From assembly GCA_043228905.1 (NCBI GenBank), contig JBHGNT010000016.1:10540001-10604000 (forward strand): a DNA stretch of 64,000 nucleotides, written 5' to 3'. A program made the position numbers and the translations under genes. Below the pieces are notes generated by a model, which was not told the DNA's origin, did not search any database, and was given only the letters and a program-made list of their open reading frames with translations. Below, piece after piece: positions 37,214-50,111 of the stretch. The DNA comes from Azolla caroliniana. Taxonomy: Eukaryota; Plantae; Polypodiophyta. Positions within the stretch are counted from its first letter, which is position 1. Each line of letters opens with the position of its first letter.

Positions 37214-39075
37214 ATGGCTCACCGCCCAATGAACCCTAAGCCACAAAAAGAAGGAAGGAGAAGATTTTTTGCACAAAGCAGAAACCCATCTTCTAGCTAT
37301 CAGCGCTCCCATCGCTCGTACTCCTCACCTTCTTCCCCATCCTTTCTCAGAGCTCCAACCCACCACAACCTCCCGTCTCCTCCCCACGAAACTACTCTAG
37401 CGATGCCGATTTTCATCTCTACTGCCCTACGCCGATGGCTCGTAGAGAAACGCTTGGATGGCTACATCCGGGTCGCAGAAGCACCTCCGCACCCGGACGC
37501 CATGAACATCACCAGGAAGCTTAACATAGACATGGTCACCAACTCTTCCATTCAAAAGAAGTTGGACCTATCCTCACTAGGCGAAAGACATTTCGAAATA
37601 CCCCCTGCAGAGGCGCTGCAGCGGTATTTTGGACCATATTCATCCTCCGCCAAGGCCTATAGAACAAAACAGATTCTGGATCCCTTCGTCTGTGAAGTTG
37701 CCAAGTTCCTACTGGAAGTCGGCTGCGTCCATGTCAACGCATACGGGATGCGTAAGCAGAAGGCGAGCATCATTATCGACACCTTTGAAGGGCGTGCAGT
37801 CGACTAGGGGGTCATCACCGGGCCAGCGTTAAGGCAAGGCTTGCATGCATACCAAACAGGCAAAAAGCTCAGGCCAATCATCCAACAATACCTTACGGTG
37901 CTATTTCCATCCCGAGCCCTGCGAGCACCGCAACCCAGCCAACCCAATTACGAGAGGATGCGAAGAGAGCGGAGGTGGCAATCGCAAGACTTCGGACCTT
38001 ATTAGAAAAAAAGAAGGTATGGTTCGATGAGCAGTTGGTGATCAAACAAGACAGAAGACATCAGCTCGAAATACGCCTAAACAATGAGATGGGGAGATTA
38101 GAATAACAGCATGCAAAGGAATCCCAGCTGTGGGCGGGCCTGAAGGCCACGTATGAGGAAGCCGCAACCGTTAAACAACAGGAAATCACAAATCTCCAGA
38201 AGTCGATGGAAGACGCACGCAACCACTGCCAGGCCATCACGGATAACGTGCGCATCCTTCTCCAAACAAACCAGGAAAGGTTCACATCGCAATTGAAAAC
38301 GGCGTTGGACAAAGGATGAATGGCGTGGGCAACCCAAGCAGCGGAATTGCACGCGTATCGGGCGGACTGGGAGAACCGGCGGAAGGACGGTCGAGGTTTT
38401 TATAAACTAAATGAGGAGAGCATTGCGACCATACGGGAGGACCCAGCGCAAGACTATCGTGCACTAGCAGACCAACACTCTGAAGAACTTGCACAACTCT
38501 TAGATGATTTTGGTGAAAGTCAGGAGGAGCTATTTCACCAGATCACACAAACCGGCAACACGCACACAAACGAGGAACCCAACGTGACACCAATTCCAGT
38601 CACAGCCGAAGAAGAGGAACCTCGGGCCCGATCACCAGAGATGACAACGAGGGAGAATAGCGGGGACCAACGAGCGGAGTTCCCCATAGGACCAGACAGC
38701 GAAACCATTACCCAACATGACGTCCAGTCGCACGAACCCACACTATCATCAAACCACGCAGAAAATAGTGCGGACTAGGCGGAATCTCCGCCCCACTCCC
38801 AGGAACATACAAAAACGGCCAATACCGTGGAGGACGTAACAATGGAGGCTGAGCTGCAGCCGACTACAAGCACGCCAACGGCGGAGCCCAACCCACTAAC
38901 TCAAGAAGAGCCCACCGTACCTGGACCACCCGCACACGGCGACGGCGACTCCGGGAGAAACCAGGCCGACCAAGTAGAGGAGCCACACCACGATGCACCT
39001 ACGGGCCCTACATCACCTCTGGACGAGGACACCACAACAGAGCCGAACATCCGGGCCATTTTGGAAGAAGATTAA
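37214..39075 (+). pseudogene. E3 accessory ORF (internally deleted)
   Basis: Collinear with E1 21479-24550. Confidence 0.85.
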
Positions 39076-42000
39076 CGGGATGAGTCCGACATGCAAAGGC
39101 ACTATCCCACAGGCGTGCCAAGTGTTGTCCACCGGAATAGTAACCGACGGACAAAATCGTAGGAATAAGAAACTAGATAAGAGCATAACGCATGTAACGG
39201 TTCACGCAGGAAGCGTGAACGGCTAATTAGACCCTGCATATATAAAGGGCAGAAAACCTTTTATGGAGGTGCGTGTAATTTGTGGAATGTAAAGAACGCC
39301 TGATAATAGAATTCTATCTTCTCCGATTTTCTGTGTATAGCTGCGGCTAATTCAGTGTTGGTGTCTCGGATACTTAAGCGTGGTAGTACGTAAGTGTAAC
39401 CTTTGATAGGAATTCGGTTGTAGCCGTCTTCCCTTATACGTGGAGAGGTTACAAGGGTTCTCCCCTTACGCATTACGCTTAAACCCCTGTTCGTTGTTGT
39501 ACACCCACCTTGAGGTCTAGGTCGAAGGACTAACCACGGACCATGTTCCTAAAAGGCAACAAGCTACAATCCGCCTTTTTGCGGTTCTTTCATCGGAGGG
39601 TGCTGCAACGCGAGATCCTCGGGCAGTTCTACACAATTAAGCAATTGCCAACAGAGACGATCACGGATTTTAGTTTACGTTTCCAAATTCTATGGCGGAA
39701 ATTAGAACGGGGCCCGGCAGACGACGAGGCCAGGGAGACATTTCTGGCAGCATTACGCCGACCCATACGGACAATGCTCAACAACAATAGCGTGAAAGGG
39801 GAAACAATCGATATGGTCATAGAAAGAGCGCTACAGCTCGAGCTAGACGAAGAAAAGGAAAGGTTTTCCATGTCTTCATTACGACAAGCGTTACCTCAAG
39901 ACGAGGAACGACATTTTCGTCAAGTGATCCAATGCACGATTTGCTTGAATTCAGGGCATTCCGAAAGCTCACACAGTTGAGTAGTGCGAGTACAATATGT
40001 TGAACAGAGCCACGCCCATAGTACGCAGTGTGGACACACAATGTCCCCCACGCCATAATGAACAAAGGAGGCAGGAAGACCGACTACGGTATATGGATTG
40101 CAATCCACGTTGCCGCGTTGTTACGCGCGTACGTGTAGAAAGGGGCGGGACCACGGGGGTCTTGGACCGAGGAGCGAGAGAGAGAGAGACAGAGAGAGAG
40201 ATCCACAGACAGGTAGAAGCGAGAAAAAGAGATATAGAATGTGACACTTAATTATAATGACAAGAGATTGCAAGCTCCGACAGTTACAACCGACAAGGCG
40301 GTGACGGACCCGACACGGGGACCCAACTCACGCACACCGACGACAGTCACACGACTCGAAGAAAACAAAAGGGGAAAAGGGAGCGACTCTGCTGGAAGCA
40401 CACGGGTTGTCCACGAAGCAGAGTCAGTGACCTCCCGACACCCGTAGAGAGCGACGATTCCAGTAGAGAGAGCTCGGGCTTCCGTTCTGCAGCAGCGCTC
40501 CTCCCCTCCTCGCGTGCGATGCCCCGTTTTCTCTTGTCCTCTTCCCTTTATTCCCTGTCCTCTCTGACCGGGATACGCACAATCCCCTCTAATAAATGAG
40601 TGTGGATTAGTAGTTACATCCACCGGTTCGCGTGCAAAGTATCCAGTCACGCGTTCATCTGTGTAAGGGCCGGTTTACGCGCTTTCTCTCTAATTCCGCC
40701 TATGGCCAGTTTTCTTCATGACATCCACCCCCACCAAACCGCGCATCCACTGGCATGCGCCAGAGACGGGTAGATACCGAAGAAAACCGGCCTCATTCAT
40801 TGCTCTCCGATTCTCCGCCAGACCCGAACTGATCGTCGTTGTCGCTCCCGCTCGCAGGCTCTGGCTCGTCTTTGAAGCGCTTTTTGAAAGTTTTGATCCA
40901 TTTTCCGGCCACCGGCACTGCTAACTGTGTCCCGTTGAGTTCCGCGAGGTGGTACGTGTCGTTGTCGTTCGCGCTCGTCACCATGTAGGGCCCGAACCAT
41001 CTCCTAGCAAACTTTCGCACCGCCTTGTGCTAATTGTCGAGTCTGCTGTCGTATACCAAGACCCAGTCGCCTTCCTCGATCTTCTTTGGTCGCAATCGGT
41101 GCGTCTGGTTGAACCGGATCTTGTTCCACTCCCTTGCCGCTCGTAGCCTTTCCTTCGCCCGTATCATGTCCTCCAGCCTCCGCTCGAGTTGTCGAATCCG
41201 CGTTGCCAGCACCTCCTCCCGGCTCATTTTGTCTTTCCAATCTACCACCGCCCACGAAGAAACTGTCCGCTCCACCGGCATGATCGGCTTTTGTCCGTAC
41301 ATCAACTCCGCCGGCATAAACCCTGTCACCGAACTGTGCGTAGTCCGGTCCGCCCATAGCGCGTAAGGAAGGAGCCCGGCCAATTCCCGACCTGCCCACC
41401 GCATGCACGCACCAACGCCTTTACAATCAGTCCGTGCCCACGTTCCCCCTTTCCGTTCGCCTCCGGATTGTACGTCGTGGTGAGGGAGAAATTGACGCCT
41501 AGCCGGTCGAACATCTCCTCGGCCTCCCGCGCATCCAGCTCTCCCTGGTCCGCCACGATCCTCCCGACGCACCCGTACCGACACACTACTTCTTCGATCA
41601 GGAACCGGCATACCGCCGCGGTTGTCTTGCTTTGCAATGCACGGCCTTCCGCCTGGTTCATTAGGTCCTCCCGTGCAAGCACCAAGTATCGCATCTGTCC
41701 TACCCCCATCGGCATCGTCACCAAGTCGACCATCCACTTGAAATGGACCGTAGGCGCGTAGGTCGGGTGTAGCTCATCCCGGTGTCAGACTACGGAGTGC
41801 ATCTGACAGCTTTCGCAAGTCGTTATGTACCGATGCACGTCCTGGTACAGCCCCTGCCACTAGTACTTCTCCTTCAGCTTCTCGAAAGTGGCCCACGTTC
41901 CACGGTGTCCGGCCCAGGGGATCTCGTGAAATGCCGCCAATAGTTTCCCCTGTTCTTCTTTCTTTGCTACTACTCGGAGTGGAATGCCGCTTCACTTCTT

Positions 42001-43098
42001 TGGGTGCCTCTATATGCACCCGTCCCGCAGGAAGAATCGGTACGCCTTCCTCCGTATCCGGCTTGCCTCCTCTCTCGCCCATGTTGTGTCCGGCGTCATC
42101 ATCCATAGGAACCTCCCGATTTGGAGCCACTCCCCGTCGTACCTGCTTTCGTCAAATTCGTTAAGCACTGGAGTGTTCCCTTTCCTCGTCGTTACATTAG
42201 CCGACCCGAAGAACTCCTCGCCGACTTCTTCGTCATCCGAAACCATGCCGTCTTCGTCGTTGAACCTTGCCCTCGAAAGCATGTCGGCCATGGCGTTGTC
42301 CTTTCCGGAGATGTGCCGTATCTCCGGGTTCAAGGACTTAATGTACTCTATCCACCGGAGCATTGCTAGGTCCGGCGTCGCGCATCCGGAAACCATGCCA
42401 AGTATCGGCAGGCAGTCTGTCTCGATGATCACCTCCGTCCCGATCAGATAATCCTTGTCAGCCTTGACTGCCGAAACAACACCCCAAAGTTCGCGCTTAA
42501 CCTGGGCGTACCCTCGCTGTCGTTCGCTTAATACCTTCGCCCCGAACCGGGTTGGGAATCGTACGCCGCCCTTGTCCTCCTGACTGATTACCCACCCGAT
42601 CCCGGTGGGGCTGGTGTCCACCCTTACGCAGATGGGAACATCCCTGCCGTAAACCGCTTTACAGAGAGCCGGCGCTGCCGTAAGCGCCTCCTTTAGTCTC
42701 TGAACCAACTCCGTGTGCTCCATCCTCCACTCAAAGCTACGCCCCTTTTTCAATAGCCCGTAGAGGGGTTCCGCGACATGTGCGTAGTGTGGGATCCTGA
42801 TGTGGTAGAACGCGCATGCCTCCAAGAATCTCCGGACCTCCGTGATCGACTTGCAATCGTTCCTCATCGCGGAGATGGCCTCTACCTTTTCCGTAGATGG
42901 TTTCCTACCATAAGGCCCGCACAAGGGTCCGACCACCAAGATCTCCAACTATCCGAAGGCCGACTTTTCCCCGGACAAGGTGAGCCTCGCACGCTCTAGT
43001 CTCTGCAGCACCTTCTCGCAGTCATCGGTGTGGGACACCACGAAATTCCGACATCCATCCGGCCCGATTGCCTTGTCCCTTTTCTCCACCTAGCATCC

Positions 43099-46000
43099 TG
43101 TTGAGAGACAAGCTCAACATCGGCCAGTTCGGCTGAAGAAGCCGAGGACTGGATCGGTTGGGACAAATCGGCTAGGCCGAGTGCGTAAACCGGGAGGTTG
43201 TGTCTTCTCTCTGTCTCTCCCGCGTATACCGTGTAAGCTCAAGCTCTCCATTGAACCTGAGTTTCCTTCCTTCTGTTCGGTCTTCATACTTGCTTCTGCA
43301 CGTTGCTTTCTACATGGTATCAGAGCGCGAGGGTTGAGAACCTCTTTGCAACCGACACAGCTTGACGAAGAAGAACGAGAAGAACAATGGATAGAGGCAT
43401 GGCGAGCTCGCTTCCAACAGAGAAGCTCGACAGAACCAACTACGCGTCTTGGTCCTACAAGATGCACCAGTACCTGCTCGGGCACAGCTACTGGAGTTAT
43501 GTCGAAGGAGCTAATGATGCGGCACCTGAATCGACACACAGAGACTTCACGTCGTCGGAGCAATCGGCGAGCAGGGTATTGTACTGCTTCGCGTCGTGTG
43601 TGGGCGAACAGCTATTGAGGTATGCTCGGGATGCAAAGACGCCAAAGGGTGCGTGGGAAAATCTGAAGAAGATTTTCGCCGCGAGCACCACAGCCAGGAA
43701 GCTTCAGATCCGATAGGAGTTGAGCTACCTATGACAACGCGACTTGTCAGTGGCGGACTATACCTCAAAGATCAAGGATATCTGCGACTCCCTCGCCTCC
43801 ATAGAGGTGAACATCGAGGAGAGCGAGATGGTCCAGATCTATCTTGGAGGTTTGGCGTCCAAGTTTGGAGCGTTCCGAACGGCTGTGTGTACCCGAGAGA
43901 ATACGTCATCCTTTTTCAACTTACAGTCGATGCTCCTGGTAGAGGAGAACCACGCGGGTGTGTCGACGAGCACGCACACCGACAACAAGATGTTGTACAC
44001 GGAGGGAGAAAGGCCCCGTGGTCGTGGCGGACGAGGCGAGTCGGTACGCAATGGAAGCGGCCGACGAGATCAAGGAAGAAGGCACCGAAGTGATGTCGAC
44101 AGCAACTCCGGACCCTCCCGAAACAGCGGGAGTCGAAGCGATGAGAACCGGCAAGGGAAGGCCATCGCGGAGTGCTGGTACTGTGGCAAGAAAGGCCACA
44201 GGGAAAGTGAGTGCTGGAAGAAGCGCGATGATTCGGAGAGAACTGGTTCTAGAAACGGCTCCAGACATACCGACAAGGGAAATCGGCAGCGATCGCACTA
44301 CGCCGAAGACTCCGGGAGAGCCGGAGAAGGGCCTGCCTTCGTGATGAGACACGAAACAAACTCAATGAAACAAAGCACCCCGGGATCGGACGAGGTGTGG
44401 TACGTAGACTCCGGCGCGTCAAACCACATGACGAGCCATAAGGAGTGGTTCTCGTACCTTGAAAAACCGATACAACCTGGAGTAGTCGCAACAGGAGACG
44501 ACACTCCGCATCCGATCGCGAATGTCGGAGAAGTTCCCTTCCCCTTAGCCATGTCGGGCAGAAAGGGAAACTCATGAACGTGTTGCACGTCCCGACAATC
44601 ACGAAAAACTTGGTCTCGGTCGGACAGATCGTCGACCAAGGAATGGAGGTTCGGTTTACACACCTCGGGTGCTTCATTGAGGAAGAAGGCCATGTGATTG
44701 CGCAAGGGCGCAGAGACGGGAGGATGTTCATCCTCGACTCCACTGACGGCGGCACCGCAATGTTCACGAAGGGAAGAAAAACTGAGTCGGACATCGACTT
44801 GTGGCACAAGCAGATAGGCCACGTCAACTACCAGCGGCGTCAAGATCTGCAATCAAAACAGGTAGTGTTCGGATTGCCCAAGTTTAGTGGCCGAAAGGCA
44901 CAAGTTTGTGAAGTTTGCCAGCTCGGGAAGCAACACCGACTTCCTTTCCCCAACGAGCGAAACCGGAGCCGGAACAAGCTCGACCTTATACACTCCGATG
45001 TATGGGGACCGGCACAAAACGTTAGTCTTGGCGGGAGCCGATATTTCGTCTCCTTCATCGACGACCACACGCGGCACATGTGGATCTACCTCATTGAGAG
45101 GAAGAGCGAAGTCTTCGACTGTTTCCGGGACCTCAAAGGGTTCGTGGAAGCCGAAACGGGACGAAAGATCAAGTGCTTGCGGTCGGATGGCGGGAAAGAG
45201 TACTTTTCCGGTCAATTCAACGGTTACCTACAACAAATGGGAATTCACCGCGAATTCAGTTGTAGATACACGCCAGAGCAGAACGGCGTGGCCGAGAGAA
45301 AGAATCGGTCAGTTGTGGAAGCGGCACGGGCAATGCTGGAGGAAAAGAGCTTGCCCAAGTTCTACTGGGCCGAGGCGGTAAGGACCGCGGTATACATCCA
45401 AAACCGGATCGGAGACAAAGTGTCGGCGCACAAGCTATATTTCGAAACGAAGCCGAACTTGCGACACTTGAGGTTGTTCGGTAGCATTGCGTATGTGCAT
45501 ATACCGAAGGAGAAAAGGAGGAAACTGGACGCAAAGGCCGAGAAATGCATCTTGGTCGGTTACTCGGACGAGCAGAAGGGTTATAAGTGTTATAACCCTC
45601 ACACCAAACAAGCGCGTGTCAGCCGCGACGTTGTGTTTGACGAGTCCGCGTCCTGGTACCTGCCCCCGACTACGAACCTCGACTCCAATCCGAGCTCTGA
45701 CGATGAGGTCAGCGAGGCCGAGATGCCTCCGGATGAGCCCAAAATCGAGAGCCGTGAAGAGAGTCCGATTTCGCTCCATTTGGACGACTGAGTCGGTACG
45801 ACCAGTCCGATGAAGAGCCGGCGAGTAGTGGAGACTCGGCCGTGCATTCCCCGCGCAGGAAGCTGAGGAGACAGCTTATGCACAAAGAGAAAGGGAAGAA
45901 GAAGGTGTCGGATTCTGGCACGGAAAGGAACGAGTCAGACCGACGCGAGTCCGACTCCAAGGGAATCGGTGACGGGTCTTTAAAGGTGAAGGCCGCGTCA

Positions 46001-46779
46001 ACTGAGAAGGCCTCGACATCGGCTAATGTGAGATTACACCGATCTACCCGCCAGAAGAATCCTGTTTTGCGGTTCGGATACAACGAGTACATGGTGTATC
46101 ATTATCCGTACATGACCCGTGTAGCGGAAGTGTGTGAGCCGGAGAGCTACGCAAAAGCGGCGAAGGACGCGAATTGGCGCGCCGCGATGGAGGAAGAGAT
46201 GCACGCATTGGTGGAGAACGAGACCTGGGACCTGGTTGACGCACCGAAGGGTGTGAAGCCGATCGGGTGTAGATGGGTGTACAAAGTCAAGTACAACACC
46301 GATGGCTCGGTCAACCGGTACAAGGCTCGGCTAGTGGCAAAGGGCTACGCGCAGAAACACGGCATCGACTACGATGAGACGTTTGTGCCGGTCGCGAAAA
46401 TGACGACCGTCCGTGTTTTGCTCGCAGTAGCTGCGGCCAAGGGGTGGCACCTACATCAGATGGATGTAAAGAATGCGTTCCTGCAAGGTGACCTTGAGGA
46501 ACAGGTGTACATGGTACAGCCCCCCGGATTTCACTCTAGAATGAACTCCTCAGCAATATGCCGACTGAAGAAGTCCCTTTATGGACTGAAGCAAGCCCCG
46601 CGTGCCTGGAACGCGAAGATCACGCAACAACTGCGTCGGTTGGGCGTCGGTTGAATATAGCTTTTTGTGTCTTCTCTCTGTCTCTCCCGCGTATACCGTG
46701 TAAGCTCAAGCTCTCCATTGAACCTAAGTTTCCTTCCTTCTGTTCGGTCTTCATACTTGCTTCCGCATGTTGCTTCCCT
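43099..46779 (+). mobile_element. Ty1/Copia G1 (relative of C) inserted in the A3 RT; RT end, RNase H and part of the 3' LTR deleted
   Basis: 5' LTR 43099-43314 with PBS TGGTATCAGAGC directly adjacent; partial 3' LTR ~46650-46779. Confidence 0.9.
43387..46645 (+). pseudogene. G1 gag-pol
   Basis: [60 protein letters not shown]. Confidence 0.93.
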
Positions 46780-47938
46780 AAGAATGGCATGGTGATGTCC
46801 GGGATACAATCCCTGAGCACTTTGTTCATCGCTTTCACCATGTGAGCCACTGAGTTCGTCCCTCCTTGTGGCAGGGTACACATCCGCACTAGGCCGAGAG
46901 GAGTCCGCATTGTCGTAATGTCTCTGCTCTCCACGGCTAGTTGGAACTGATCATACCCCGAGTACAGATCACCGACAAAATAGATCGACCTTCCAGCGAA
47001 GGCCTCTGCGAACTCGTCTATGGTCGGTCCGATCCCTGCATTACGGATGGTCACCCTGTTGACCGGTTGTAGGTCCTGGATGAAGCGCAACGTGCCATTC
47101 TTTTTCGGCACCGTAAACCACCGATTCGAATACGGGGCACTCGACGGTTTGAGGATGCCCATCTCCACCTTTTGCTTTAGGAGCTCCATCAACTTCGGGA
47201 TGTGAGCTCTTGGCCCCGGAATCGGCTTGAGATTCCACGGTACATGCGGTACCGTGAAGATCACCATCGGTTCGACAACTGTCGGGTCTACGCACCCGAT
47301 CTCCTCCGGTGAGAATGCGAAAGACTTCCCGTGCCTCCCGAGCATTCTCCGAAACCGGTCCTCCTCCGCCGGCAGTAGGAAGCCGCCCCCACCGACCTTG
47401 AGCTCCCGTAGCGTTATGCCGGTGAACCGGTGCCCTATGCCGGCCGGATTCTGTAAACTTGGGTCCGACGCAACCCCTTTTATCCGCCCCTTGCTGCCCT
47501 CCGACAAGGGTGCCGCGACTGGCCTCACCTTCCGGTCCACCATCTTGTACTTTGTATCCACGCGGGCCGTCTAATCTAACCCGATCCTTTCCCCGAAGTT
47601 CGCGATGACTTCGTACATTCCCATCGATCCTACCGGAACGGTCCAGTCTCCTCTAAGGTCTTCATCGATCACCTTTCGTAGTTCGCCCAAGGTGTCGTCA
47701 AAAGAGACCGCCTCCACGGCGCCCCTGATGTCTTCGTCGGGGAAGAGGATTCCGCATCCCTTGAGCCGCTCCTCCGCTCGCTTCCTCTCCCGGCCGCTGA
47801 CGCCGGTTATAGTACAACCTCCGTGGTCGGAGAACCAAAACTTCCTACCCATGGTACAAGTCTTCTTTCATTCTGTACATTTGTGGGGTTGTTCCCGGGT
47901 GTCCGGACTATCGTGGCCCCACGCCTTGATAGCCCTCT

Positions 47939-50071
47939 CTAAAAATCCCCTTGGGTTTCGCTGCCGAGGGCCTCGCGGTTACGCTCGTGGTTTGGTCGCA
48001 CCGTTAGGAACTGGACCGAGTGACGCCTGTCTTGGCTCTTGACTCTAGCATAGGCTGAACCGTTGTCCAGCACCTTGGTATCCATCCGTGTTGCCGTGAT
48101 ATATGGCTCTCCTAGTATAACCGGATGCGAGGACGTCTCCTGCACAAAGAACTGTTGGTCGATCTCGACATCGCCGATTTTCACCCGTACGTTCGGACAG
48201 GCCCCATGTAGTTCTTCCATGGCGCGCGTCGCTGCCCGTATCTTCCAACCATGCTTGGTGTTGATCGGCCATTTACCCTTCTTGTAGAAATCCATGGACA
48301 TCAGGTTGATTTTGGATCCATGGTCTACCAACGCCACCACTAGTTCCAGAACGTTCCCGATCCGTACAGGGGTTTCCGTAGTCGCCCTGGCCCAATGAGG
48401 CTTCGTGTAATGGCTTCCTGCCAGCTTGTCTTCCAAGGCTTCGTCTTCCAGGTGCGTGGTCCGTACCTCCACCGTCTTCTCCGGTTCCAGCTCCGTCAAG
48501 AGCCTCTTGCGCTTCACCAAGTCTACGATAGAGTCGTGGAACTCCCTCTTGGCGATTTCCAGCACCTCCCGCAATGACAGCTCCACTTTGCTGTCGAGGA
48601 TACGTTCCTCCAGGACCTTTCGCAGGTCTGTGGTCCTTTCGATCTCGGTGCTCAACCGAAACCCTGCCTGATTCTTTCCGTCCGACGCACCTTGGTTGCC
48701 GGCACTGGTCGGTTTCAGTCTGAACCGGGTCTCATACCTCGGGGGTCCGACCCCTCTGGGCTTTCCTGCCCGTTTGTCCTCCACCAGAACCTCGTAGTTT
48801 TGGCAAGTGGCTTCTACGAAGCCCGTTTTCTCTTCGATCGGATTGTCCCAACCAGTGACCTCCTAGACCCTCTATTCCGCGCGGTCCGCCTCTTCCTTCC
48901 TCAGCCGAACTCCGGAGAGGCCTTCTAGCACTAGCGGCCAGAATCCGGAGTCCTTCGCCTTCCGGGTCTCATCACCCCCGACCCGAATTCCCGCCGACAC
49001 CGAGTAGTTCACGGCTTCGATGTGCCGTGCCGTAGCCTCTTCCATCAACCTCTTCATTCTGCCGCGCCCCGTATTAAGTTCTAGGGCTCTCCGGGTCTCG
49101 CTCGCATGCACCCGCCCGTTCTAGAGGTACACCACGTTGGTCCTAAGCGCGTCGGCGCAATCGGCGCAATCCTTCCGAATGTGACCGATCGTGTCACACC
49201 ACATGCACCGCTGCCCAGCCGACGGCCTCCGGTTGCGAGGTTGTTCACCGCTATCTCTCCGGGCCTGTGCGATCTGCAGGTCGCGCACCATCTGTGTCAG
49301 CTCCTCTAGAGCCGCTCCTTCGGATGGGCCTCTGACCACGTCGTTCGATGCCGACATCGACTCCGGCCAGATTCGGGTCTCTTCCTTCCTCCCAGCTGGC
49401 ACCGAGACCGGTTCCTCGAGCCTCCTCCCCGGGACCGGCCCCAACCCCGACGTGCTTCCTTCGCTCCAATCGCGCCGTTTGTCGAAACGGTTGCAGACCG
49501 GTTTTACCACGGCCCAGTCCGTCGTGAGCCCTTCTTCCATTTCCAATAGGGGGCCCACCCTTTCCCTGTCGAGCGCATCCACCGACTTGACAAACAGCAG
49601 TACTCGACTTGTTTCGAGCACCGTCTGGTCCAGCGTCGACAGCCACGCGAACCGTTTTTCGAACTCCTGGACGAGCACCAACGTGTTCCTCCCCTTTCCG
49701 GGACTTTCCACCCACGCCATGAAGTCCTGCCTCCATAGCCGGAGCGAGTCGTCAAACCCGTACTTCTCGAGGAGTTGCAGCTCGAACTCCTCCCAAGTCT
49801 GGCATCCGGCCAGCACCTCGAGCACCTTCGCATGGATGCCCAGCGTCACCACCCGAGGGAATCTGGACAGCCGCCTGTCCACCAGAATATCCCTCATGAT
49901 CATTTCGGCCCGGTAAGCCTCCAAATAACTTGTGGCGTCTTTCCCTCCGAAACGGCCTATAGAGCCGACGATCGATTCTATGGCTCTGTCGAGGGTACCC
50001 GTTCCCTCACGAGCGCTCACCAGCCGGTCGACGGCCACCGCCATTGCCTCTGCTAGCTCCGATCCCCTCAT
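47939..50071 (-). pseudogene. A3 ORF1 gag-protease (one frame, two point stops)
   Basis: ORFs 49121-50098, 48872-49111 and 47939-48784 share a frame; CMWCDTIGHIRKDC; ALVDHGSKINLM; VILGEP. Confidence 0.88.
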
Positions 50072-50093
50072 CTTTCGACTCCTTTGCCGCCCT

Positions 50094-50111
50094 TTCACAT
50101 CGGGTTCACCA
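50094..50111 (-). promoter_or_regulatory. A3 PBS, tRNA-Trp-like
   Basis: TGGTGAACCCGATGTGAA against the plant tRNA-Trp 3' end as recalled (TTCACGTCGGGTTCACCA); one G:U pair. Confidence 0.8.

Larger units (their letters stand above)
32450..39561 (+). mobile_element. Ty3/Gypsy E3 inserted in E2 gag; two internal deletions (~1.2 kb at ~33430, ~1.1 kb at ~37946)
   Basis: LTRs 32450-32886 and 39123-39561; PBS at 32891; degenerate TSD ATCTG/AGCTA (E1 has AGCTG at this site). Confidence 0.93.
40793..47940 (-). pseudogene. A3 ORF2 RT-RNase H-integrase (in the -1 frame relative to ORF1; split by G1)
   Basis: DLYSGYDQF, LPQGGTNS, VDTSPTGIG, WMVDL, WFGPY. Confidence 0.9.
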
